64,000 bases of DNA, from the NCBI GenBank assembly GCA_965637545.1, contig OZ281501.1:15376001-15440000 (forward strand). The letters are read 5' to 3'. The notes under the pieces are model-generated. The model ran no database searches. It saw only the letters and a program-made list of their open reading frames with translations, and was not told where the DNA came from. This DNA is from Phallusia mammillata (taxonomy: Eukaryota). Below are positions 54,239 to 64,000 of the stretch, piece by piece; position 1 is the stretch's first letter, and the number at the start of each line of letters is the position of its first letter. A program made the translations under genes and the position numbers.

Positions 54239-57200
54239 ATGCCAGTAGTTAAAATGAACTATAGTTGGCGAGCGGTCTCATTTGCATTTTTGCTTTTTGC
54301 CGTTCACGCAATCACTGGGCTATCAGCTGTCAGTAATGATGTCCCGAAGGACCGGGGCTCGCCAGATCTTGTCCGCGGGAACGATGAGCTCCGAATTCGG
54401 CAAGATCGATCGTTTCGAACCGGTAAACCACAACGATGTTAACTTGAAAACAAATGTTTTGTGTTTGAGAAGTGTTGGTATTTTCTTCTTTTAGTTCGGT
54501 CCCTACAAACAAGTTGTGGATTTTTCATTAAAGGTTAACGGCGAATTATGTTTTTTCAATGACTAATCTCGCAGTCACTAAAAAAGCTTTGTGAAGAGGT
54601 GTGGTGCAAAAAAACTGATGTAAAAACGTTTTGTACAATACATTTTGATGTGCAGAAAAATCGATGCGAAATGCACAACTAATATATTTCTGATGTCCTG
54701 ATTTGACAAGCGGCGGGTTTTTGATTTGCAAATATTATTCTGACGAGATATTTCGGTTATTGGGCTTTTGATCCCGTAAATTTAAAATTACAGCCCGAAC
54801 CAAAAAAGTAAATTGCAACTTGAAACAAGAACTAATCCTTCAAGTATATATTAGCAATCAGCCTCATGTTTACAGTGCTTTGTAATAGTTTTGTTAATTT
54901 CCAGAATTTTTTACAATCCAAAGCGCTTAAAAAAAACGCAAAACAAAGGGTGTTGAAAATGTCTAGTGTTATCATAAATCTTAAAAAATCAAATTTGGGA
55001 ATCATGAATTGTAATAGAATTAGGAAAAAATTCAAGAATCAAATTATTAGGATTTGTGACTTCTTATTATTATTTGTACTCATACAAATGGTACTAGTAG
55101 CAAAATTTTACTCCGAAGTATACCTTTTAACAATTTTAATGACTTACAAATGGACTGATCGATAACAGTGCCGCAACTGCACCCAGTCTGTGATCAATAT
55201 GTCGGGATCTGCCAAGTTCTGGAGCCACGAGCGGCCTTGATGGCTATCACCCCCCTCTTTCACTAGCCGATAATTGCACTGAGCTTGTCAGCATGGAAAT
55301 GTGATGTTCTGACGCGAGCACTGACATTAAATATTTAGTTGGTGACCGCTAAAAAAAACTTACCTAGGGATAATAAAATCACCAACGCTATAGGTTTTTG
55401 GTTCACTTAATGCATTTTGTTAGCTTGCCTATTTTTTGGTTTCAAGCATTTGTTGATAAAGGTAGACGCTGGAGGGTTTTTACCCATTAAAGTATACCTC
55501 CATACAGATGGGCTTAACAATTCCTAAGACTTAAGACGATTATCTAAGATACTTTTAAAAACTGAAGAAAATTCACCAATAAACGGTTTTCAAATGGTTT
55601 TTGCTTGTGGCTGTAAGTTTAAAACGTGTCTTTCAAACGGCTGCTAAAACTGTTAGGTATTTTCAAGAATTTGATATTCAAGAAAGAGACGTACGTCGGG
55701 TTTGATGTTATACGCACTGTTCCCAACTTTAGGCCCCGAAGAAGCCCCAAACCCGGCCTGAACCTGATTGTTTTTTGCAACAAATCCCGAATTTCGGCAC
55801 AAATGAGGCCGGGTGTGAAATCAGGACAGAATCAATTCCGTTTCATTCAAATTTAAAGCCCTAACCCGACCCGACAACTCTAATAAGAATTTTGGTCATG
55901 TTATTATATTTCCCATCCCTGTTTAACAATTCAACACCTTTTTTATGTTAAGACGATGATGAAGCAAGACTGGTGCAAAGCGCTCTAGCGAAGGAAGCAG
56001 CAAGAATGCTTATCCAACGGCTGTCGACAAAGCGACCAACTAACACCGAAAATCGGGTAAAGAACGGAAAAGGTCTGAGCTATATGCTGGAACGTTTAGT
56101 CAAGACAAATGAATGGGCAAATCTGCATCGCGCAAGACCAGCAGACAAAGACAGTGAGTATTAATCATAAAACAAAACTCAAAATCACCCGCTTGTATAA
56201 GATGGCGTTTTTGGTTCAGAATTGTGGCGTACACATATGGCGTTTTTATTCGTTAATGCAACGCCCAGAAAGAAAATATTAAACTTGGCGTAACATTTTC
56301 CTGAACTAATAGAGACACAACTATGCGCGCTTGCACTTTAAAACTAATTTCTGTTTAAATATTGCAACAAATAAGTTTTATGTTCAAAGACCCTTTTTTC
56401 ATTTGGTATTATAAGTTAGATATTGTTAACACACGCATATGTATTGTAAATATCACCTGCTTAGCATTAGGTGCTGTCACATAATTGTTTCCTATTCAGT
56501 CAATCAGTAATAAATTAGCCAAAGTGTTTTGTTTGATCCGTTGCAAATATATCAGACCCCAAAATCGTTTTCCTTGGGGCCTTTCACATTTACCCATGTG
56601 TATAAAACAAACTCAAAACTGCCTTTAACGTGTCAATAATTATTTCAAGACGCCTGTAGCCGGCCAAATACAGGGAAACTGTTGAGGTTGATTTTTAGGC
56701 ATAGTATTGATTGCAGCGTCTGTCCGATAATAATTGTCTACGTCGTGTATCCACTAGGGGTGTTTATTGCCCAGAACGGTGCTGGATCAATCATTTTAAT
56801 GAGTCTTCTGGGACTAGTGTTAATAAACCTGTGTTGTAGTATTTGGTTCGATACTGGCCGATGCTAGAAACGCATTTTTTGGCTATATTAAAATTTGGAT
56901 TTGGGTACCGTTAAAGATTCCAGTAGGGCAGAATAAATCTTAAGTGCAAAAATATTCAATTTGCAAATCTCCGCCCCGGACCAATTACCCGAGTTTAATT
57001 TGTATCGATTTGAGGTTTAGTGATGCCCAAATTCCACAATATTTTCATAACATTGTGTGTTCTAGTTTTCAATATAATAAATGTCAGTAATATTAGTGTA
57101 ACCAAACCAAAGTCCTAAAATTTTGACTATTGGGATAACTTTGGACTTCAATTATACTTTTACCTAATTGTATTTAATTAAATACCTGAATTTCTAATTT

Positions 57201-57863
57201 ATTTTTAAGTTTCGAAACTAAAAAAACTGAGAATGATTTATTTAATTTTTCATAATAACTTTTATTTGCATAATTAAAAACTCAGCTACCTTATTCTTTG
57301 TGTCCAAGCTTGTTGCCTTTTTCGAAATATCTAATATTACTTCATTACAACATTATAATAACGGCTAACACACCACAATACCTTTGCTTCCGTAAGCGGA
57401 ACTGGTATACTTCCGGCAGGGGTTAATATTGTTTCTCAGTAAAGGTTTAAGTTCATTTTAACTAAAAAACTTCCGTTTGGGATTTTGCCTATTCCACTAA
57501 TTCCTACCGATAGCCACGAACCATTTCAAAGTCAACAAAAAAGAGTCGATCTTTCGGGTGATAAAAAATAACAATAGCGTAGGTATAAATAAAGCCTTCT
57601 TTAATTAGTTTTGGGACAGGCGTTTCAAATTTCCATTTATTGGTAATAACGTAAAGGAAAAAAACGTCTGTTGATTTTAAAAACAATCAAGAAACATGAC
57701 TTTAAATATATTCTTGCGTTTAGGAATGGAGATGTCGAACGAAAACGACCGGGATTCGGAAGCCGAATCGCCGGATGATGGATTGATGCGCTCCGATCGG
57801 AATTACTATGGTTGGATGGACTTCGGCAAGCGATCAATCGACCATGACGACTACTCCTACTAG
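54239..57863 (+). CDS. cionin: Cionin (CCK/gastrin-family neuropeptide) precursor, about 174 aa (169 aa from the ATG at 54254)
   Basis: Exons 54239-54422, 55953-56153 and 57724-57863, both introns phase 1, GT-AG, 525 nt. Hydrophobic signal peptide (RAVSFAFLLFAVHAITG). The last exon encodes ...MRSDR-NYYGWMDF-GKR-SIDHDDYSY*, i.e. the cionin octapeptide with an amidation/cleavage signal and an acidic Tyr-containing flanking peptide. Confidence 0.93.
55790..55881 (-). repeat. Related AGAGTTG-ended fragment in cionin intron 1
   Basis: Ends cccgacccgACAACTCT. Its reverse complement aligns with 38416-38515. Confidence 0.55.
57801..57833 (+). other. Mature cionin NYYGWMDF-amide plus GKR processing signal
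   Basis: aat tac tat ggt tgg atg gac ttc ggc aag cga, preceded by a monobasic Arg. Confidence 0.97.
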
Positions 57864-57892
57864 CGCCAACTAGCGACAGAACTGGGACCGAT

Positions 57893-57898
57893 AATAAA
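57893..57898 (+). terminator. Cionin polyadenylation signal (candidate)
   Basis: AATAAA 29 nt after the stop. Confidence 0.5.
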
Positions 57899-57974
57899 GT
57901 AGAATGCGCTGCAATTCGTCGATTATAACTGTGACGTTATTATTAGATTTTGTGATTTCCATTGTATGTTTAGA

Positions 57975-58396
57975 CAGCGGTTCTCAAACTGGGGTCCGCG
58001 GTCCTTTAGGGGTCCGTGAGGCAATTTTGGGGGGACCGCGAAAAGGTTGAAGTAATTCTATAATCTTATTTAGTGTCACTTTGCGCCACTAAATAAGTTT
58101 AAATCAAATTAGAGTTGAGAATCGACTGTCTCTATTGCAAAAAATAACCTTTATTGAATGACATTTATCAAAAATGCAATTGTTCGAGCACAATCGTAAT
58201 GCTTTTTGTCTTGTTTGTGATGTCACAAGCTGTCTTTGGATCATTATTACGCTCAATTTTGCATAACTACCGCTAAAATCCTGCAATCGAATTTCGTTTT
58301 TCTTAAATACACATTCCAGTTAAAGAACCGCGAGCCCTCGAAATAATGGCAAAGGGACCGTTTTGAAAAAATAATGAAAAAGTTTGAGAACCACTG
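57975..58396. mobile_element. hAT-type MITE, 422 bp, just 3' of the cionin poly(A) signal
   Basis: TIRs CAGCGGTTCTCAAACT / AGTTTGAGAACCACTG, degenerate TSD (gtttaga / ttttagag). Confidence 0.8.
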
Positions 58397-59750
58397 TTTT
58401 AGAGAGAAATAAACGCCAATGTAAAACATTTTTATTTAATATTTTTTTTCGTATTCGTTACAACGTATAATATTGGGCAAGTTAAATCTAAGATAGGGAC
58501 TAACAAACTATCGACTACTTACCCATTTTTGTTTTACAGTATGCGCATTTTACTGCATCTTTTTGCACATTTACCATTGCCGAGCTAGTAACATTAAAAT
58601 AACGCTTTCATATTGCACCACTTTAATATTAGCACATTTTTATCATAGATTGCTTCACTCGACTTTTGTTATTGACACATTTGCATTATCTATTGCTATT
58701 TTTGGCGTACATTTCTTATCAGTGCGAGCAATACATTGGTGTACGTAATACGTATTTGATTTGTATGATACCGGCGCACTAAAGAACGTCTTCGTAATAG
58801 AAATTGAAAGCTCTGAAGGTTAAAGGTGGAGAATACAATCATACAGTAATTCCAAATGTCAATCATATGAAGTCGTAATAACAATATTTCATGTATTGAT
58901 GAGTCTTTCCGGAAAACGTGACATTTACATGAGCCAAAGTTGCGATAATGTTATCTTCTACTTTCTCATTAATTATACATGAAGCAAGCAAAGGATTATG
59001 CGCCTTTTCTGTTGTATATACATGTAAAGGCGTCAGAAATTGAACGTCAAAATGTTGGCAAGATTAAATTAAAAATATCAAAAGGGCAAAACATTTTAAT
59101 AATACATGAAAAATATCCGTCTAGACCAGAGGTCACTACACCACGATTTATTGGCTAGGTCCGGCCCGCGAATGTGTTTAATCTGGATATGTAATGTAAA
59201 AATATGTAACACCCTTTTTTCGTTTCATCTGCAATAACGGGCTGTCAGTACCCAAATTAACTTACTAAAAAGATATTAATACAGTAAAACGATAAAGAGG
59301 CAAGCAGCGCAGATGTACAGTCGCGACACAACCACCGCTTTAACACCAACTCCAACTGCCGGCTTCTCATGCGCGTGGGACCGAGTCTACTTGACAATTC
59401 GTTACAGCGAGACAACACAGAAATGCCTTATAGCGTCATGGGATGGTGCTAAAATAAAAACGTAACAACTCACATAAAAATAAACCTTGAGTTATATATT
59501 TCCTCCGAAAGTATTCTCGCAACAACATGTAGCCTAGATTAATTTCCGCTAGTTTTGCAGAACTTATAAAAGTCAAAAGACAGTTTGTTGTATCACATGC
59601 AGGTCTAAGTGTACCTTTGCTATTGTGCACAAACAAATGCTTTCTTTTATTTATTGTGATGGAATAAATGAATATTGCCAGCAGAGAAGACATTTCACTA
59701 TGCCCCATAATATAGTGTTTGACAGTAGCATCATAAGTAAGCCTGGACTT

Positions 59751-59937
59751 GTCTATTGTGATTGTTGTCTTGGTCTTCCCTGAGGCTTCAATGTATAGGC
59801 CTGTACATTTGGGCTTAAACGGGCTTTTTGGGCCTAAACAGGCTTCTCAAAAACAGCTCGGGTTCGGGCCGGGTTTCGGGCTTGGACTTAGGGTTCGGCC
59901 GGATTCAGGCACCAATTTCAGGCCCGATAACAACTCT
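59751..59937 (+). mobile_element. AGAGTTG-ended repeat family, partial copy C
   Basis: gtctatt...ttgtcttggtctt.cc.gaggc.tcaat..taggcctgt...ttttgggcctaaac, ending ACAACTCT. Confidence 0.65.
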
Positions 59938-60582
59938 CATACAAAGTGCCCCCGTCTATAGAAATAATGGTAGTCCAAGACACCGCCATTGTGCCTTGAC
60001 GTATAACCATATAACGTATTATTTGGGCGCATCCTGAAAACAATTTCCAAACCGACCGCAGTTTCGTCACAGCACATATATGCCGACTCATGGTTTAGGG
60101 TGGTCCAGACCCTGGCACCTTACAGACTAATATATGTCTGTTGTCAGGTTGCTATAAGGCGTTTTTGCGCTTTGTGACAATATAGACGTGTTCATATTTT
60201 TAATAATATTTATATTTTAGTCTCGAAGCATGTCATTGCAAACTAAATCTTTTAATACAAAAGAATTTCTCCTTTAGCCGCCCGCCAAATAAATATTAAA
60301 CCCTTGGACCGACCTGGTTTAGATCGGTGGTTCTCAAAACAAGCAAACTGCAACAGTTTAAATTATGTTACCAAGCACTTGAATATAAACAAGCTCAAGC
60401 AAATCATTTGGTGTGCTATAAAAAAATCGCTTTAGTTGGCAGACGTTCCGGCCGGGTTGCTGACCCCTGCCCTAGGGTTACTATTCGCAGTTCGCACCAC
60501 AATTCTGTTCTCAACCCAACAGAAAATGAGAATTTGCTAAAACGAATATTTTGCGACGCACTTGAAAATCTCTTGTGACGAA

Positions 60583-60880
60583 TCAGAATTGTAAAATGCC
60601 TAAAAATTACGGCCCCGAAAGTCCAAACAGAATTGAAGGCGGGCCCGAAATTCAAACCCGAACCAGAATCATTTTTGAGGAACCCGTTTAGGCCCAAAAA
60701 TTTGATTGAGGCCTATAATAATAAAGACATACACAATGGACAATAAAATGGGCTAAACAAGACGTTTTAGCGCTGTCGGGCATTAGGTTATATCCAGCAA
60801 CTAGCTACTTAGCTAGGTTATTTGTAGTTTAAAAATTACTGAATCCGGCCCATAAATGCCGAACACATTTACAACTCTGA
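60583..60880 (-). mobile_element. AGAGTTG-ended repeat family, copy B
   Basis: Terminal inverted repeat TCAGAATTGTAAA / TTTACAACTCTGA (12/13). Homologous to 17562-17899 in reverse orientation. Confidence 0.7.
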
Positions 60881-61148
60881 GCCAAAAACCCCATAGTTTG
60901 TAAAAAAAAATGGTGCGAAAGTAAAGCCAAATGTGAATTTAGGCCCAAATCTCCAAACCAAACTTTGTTTAGTCAAACAAGCTCAAGAAGCCCGGGCATA
61001 ACTTTGTTTGTCAAGTCTGGCCTGGACTGTATTTCATCACTTGACTTTCTCACGGCACCAAATTTATTTTTTTAGCCCTGAAATACTTCCAGAATTTATT
61101 ATCACGGAAGTACGTAAACTTGTGACGCAAGTGTGGCACAATTATAGG

Positions 61149-61519
61149 CTGGGTTGCCATCGACATGGAACTCGAAATAAGGACACATGAACAATTGGAC
61201 TTTTATATCAACGAAACAAACGTTTTTGAACAAATCTTTGCATTGATACGAGCCTTGACATATCACGTGTCATTTTTTTTTGCCAGGAACAATGTGTTCC
61301 AGCAACTTCTTGTTCGTAGAAAATAATTCGTGCATCTCAAGACAGCCCAGGTCTAGGTTTACTTTTAGAAGGGATTTGACTTCTAATTGTTAAAAATTAG
61401 ACAAATAAGGAAATCAAAAACAAGGACAGTTCTTAGAAATAAGGACAAAAACTTTTTCTAAGGCATTGCCCTTCAAAATAAGGACAAATCTTAGAAATAA
61501 GGACGGTATGGCACCCCTG
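61149..61519. mobile_element. MITE with 8-bp TSD and subterminal AAATAAGGA(C) repeats, 371 bp
   Basis: TIRs CTGGGTTGCCAT / ATGGCACCCCTG, perfect TSD attatagg. AAATAAGGA occurs once near the left end and four times near the right end. Confidence 0.85.
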
Positions 61520-62724
61520 ATTATAGGTTTAACATTTATTTTACCGACAATTCTCAATGGTAGAATACACAAAGATTAAAACTTTCTGCAGGAAGTTGAA
61601 AAATATGGTAATTTTAGGATCGGGCAAGAGATTAACATCCAAAGGAAATTACTGACTTGTTAAAAGAAGTAGTTTATTTTCGCACTAATAAACTGATAAA
61701 CCGGTCATTTTACTGTACGTAGGTTACGTTTTAGCGTGCGAAATTGGTACCCTGCTATTCCCTCCATAAAGTAGTTGCACGTACAATACGTCACCAAAAC
61801 GTAGAATATGCCAGAAAACAGCTGCCGGCTAGACATCCACAAATTGCTAGGGTCTGCAGGCCAATAAACAATTTGAACTCCAGTAACCCTGTGTTTAAGT
61901 GGTGTTTTTCAACCCTGATTTAAATATTTGTTTTCACAATATACACTTGATTGATCCACTATAAAATTGCCCTTTGGTTGTATTTTTAAAACACAAATTT
62001 AATAGGTGAATAAAGTTGTACACCTATAGTTTAAAAGAAAAAGTACCAGTTTGGTAAATGTCCATATTGTTGACTATGTAAGCACCCCGGTTTTATCACG
62101 TATATTAAATAGTGTGCGTTTGCTGATAAACTGCATGCAAAATAATCTGTTGTAAACAAAGCATGTTGTTTCCAACAGGCTATTTCAGCACATAACATTA
62201 CTCTTATTATATCGTCAAACATCCTATTGTGACATCACACAACATCAATTGCCATAAATGTGAGGGCCAAGCTGACAGCAATTTAATAATACTGGATAGT
62301 TGCAGTATTTTAACATGTCCAATTTTTATGCTATGCGGCACTTACGTAGGGGACCCGTGATTTTCCAGTCATGAGAAGTCTATAGAATTAGAATGCCATT
62401 ACCCTGCTATTCTTTTTTCATTGAAATGCAATGTCAACAACCACAACAGACAAGATTCGAAGAAGGGGCGCTATACTTAACCCAAGAGAAAATGCAGAAA
62501 ATGATGAAGTGCCCGAAGAAATACCAGTTAGAAGGTACTCGTTTGGTAATCATATTTTCTGATTTTAAAATGAAATATTTTAAAAGAGTTTGACTAAAAT
62601 TTATTCTTATTTGAGCTGGCACATTTACAGGAATAATGATTTACATAGTAGTTAACAGTATCATTTAAGCAAAAATAGCCTTAACACTTATATAAGCTAT
62701 TGCTGTCAGGCATAATTTTAATTT

Positions 62725-62825
62725 AATAGAGTTCTTCTGGCAAATGTATCTTTATGACGTTTCGACGTCCTATACAGGTCGCCTTCATCACTGTATGCCA
62801 CTGATACAGTGCACGATAAACAAAG
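62725..62825 (-). repeat. Second copy of the hammerhead-bearing repeat at 52084-52200 (core C3 changed to G)
   Basis: gacgtttcgacgtcctatacaggtcgccttcatca is identical to 52116-52150. Flanks atagag(c/t)tcttctggcaaat and atacagtgcacgataaacaa are shared. Confidence 0.85.
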
Positions 62826-63083
62826 GGACATGCTTTTATTTGCCTATTCATGTTTTAGCAGAAGCCACCAATATTAGTAACACGTTTAACTTTGGCCAAA
62901 GCCAGCATTTTTCCAATTGCCGACAAAAACACACGTCACTCTTTTACATTTTATTTTTCAGGCATTCGGTGAGGGTGGGATGGGAAAGTCCCAAAACGTC
63001 ATCACCGTCGCACCCAACTATGACGGTCCGAAGACAATCAATGGTTGGGAACCAAGATCTACCAGGTAAAGACTATTTTTAAC

Positions 63084-63260
63084 CAGTGGTGGGATTCCAA
63101 TTTTTTGTCAGCAGGTTCTTTCACAAAAGTCATATTTTTCTGCCGGTTCTGTTACAAGTCCACTGAAAGTAACCAGTAATGCTAACCGGTTCGCTGATCT
63201 CATAAAATTTCGTGAAAAGGTTCTGTCGAACCGGTGCGAGCCGGCTGAATCCCTCAACTA
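63084..63260. mobile_element. MITE, CAGTGGTGGGATT family, copy 1
   Basis: Left end CAGTGGTGGGATT, decayed right end AATCCCTCAACTA, TSD tttttaac/gttttaac. Homologous to 63711-63873. Confidence 0.75.
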
Positions 63261-63710
63261 GTTTTAACCCAGGCCCTTGTGTGAAAAATTTATATCTTAT
63301 AGTTTTGCGCCTACTATTTTTGTGTTTCTGAAGTAAAAGAGCAATGACCAGAAATTTAGATATCGATGAAACAAAACCATGTTTGAATCAGTCCAATGAG
63401 GTATTTTTCTCATTTTCCTGAACCATTTTTGCATCTGTCGCGTGGTAATGTAAATTTTTACACACGAAGTTTCGTAGAAAAGTATGGGGCTAAATGTTAA
63501 CAGGTTTAAGGTTTGATTTTTTTCTACGTCCCCTTGTGACATCTGTTTTAAGGGGGGACGTCCAAGCTGTCTCACAACTTTCAGCGGTTGTCAGGAAATG
63601 ACAGGCGCAGTAGTTTTGCTGGCGTCACCAGCACCAGACGCCAATCAACGCGACCAACAGTTCACACACTGGAGGTGGAACCCAAGTGAGTGGATATTTA
63701 TAGGTATATT

Positions 63711-63873
63711 CATTGGTGGGATGCATTTTTTGTCAGCCGGTGCTATAACAAAGTTTTTTTTCAGCCGGTTCTGTTGTAAAAAGTCCATTGACAGTAACCA
63801 GGTTCGCTGATCTCATAACATTTTGTGAGGCGGTTCTACAGAACCGGTGTGAACCGGCTGAATCCCACCACTG
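63711..63873. mobile_element. MITE, CAGTGGTGGGATT family, copy 2
   Basis: Ends CATTGGTGGGAT / ATCCCACCACTG, TSD ggtatatt/ggtctatt. Shares ggttcgctgatctcataa and gaaccggtg...ccggctgaatccc with copy 1. Confidence 0.8.
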
Positions 63874-63886
63874 GGTCTATTATATA

Positions 63887-64000
63887 TAGGGTTGCCATCG
63901 ACATGGACTCCAAAATAAGAACAAATAAAACATTTTTGTCGGCGAACCATGACATATCACATGCCATGTTTTTGCCAGAAATAATATGTTTCAGCAACTC
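63887..64000. mobile_element. Left end of a second copy of the 61149 MITE family (runs off the window)
   Basis: gggttgccatcgacatgga...aaataag and tgacatatcac...tttttgccag...cagcaact match 61151-61290. Confidence 0.75.

Noticed and set aside
55169-55330. GC-richer island in cionin intron 1 as an alternative phase-1 terminal exon (VPQLHPVC...LFH*) or snoRNA
   Set aside because: Weak pyrimidine tract, no peptide-like motif, and no canonical box C/D pair.
58896-59060. Two further hammerhead-like fragments (ttgatga...ggaaaacg at 58896; aggcgtc...aacgtcaaaatg at about 59028)
   Set aside because: Multiple core substitutions and no stem I; indistinguishable from chance or very old remnants.

Overview
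Eukaryotic genomic DNA, AT-rich with small introns. It is almost certainly from an ascidian (tunicate), because it encodes the CCK/gastrin-family peptide cionin (NYYGWMDF-GKR); the species cannot be named from sequence alone. Five protein-coding genes were reconstructed by hand from splice sites and reading phase. (1) NR4A (Nur77/Nurr1/NOR-1 family) orphan nuclear receptor, + strand, 11135-15175, about 1029 aa, including an upstream coding exon the ORF track does not connect. (2) WDR86-like WD40 protein, + strand, 31488-40339, about 699 aa, with a GC-AG intron and a long extra C-terminal tail. (3) RRP8/nucleomethylin, - strand, 44472-41620. (4) An intronless, HSE-driven HSP70, + strand, 45114-46997, head-to-head with RRP8 and ending in DEMD rather than EEVD. 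(5) A three-coding-exon cionin precursor, + strand, 54239-57863. Non-coding structure includes about 11 kb upstream of NR4A rich in CRE/C-EBP-type sites with candidate alternative first exons, and many hAT-type MITEs with 8-bp target-site duplications (one nested stack). There is also a second repeat family ending in AGAGTTG and a ~32-bp minisatellite carrying TCF/GATA-like motifs upstream of cionin. The least expected signal is a dispersed set of eight minimal type-I hammerhead-ribozyme motifs, four with an intact catalytic core and two of those inside WDR86 introns. All structures and alignments were read by eye; nothing was computed or database-searched.
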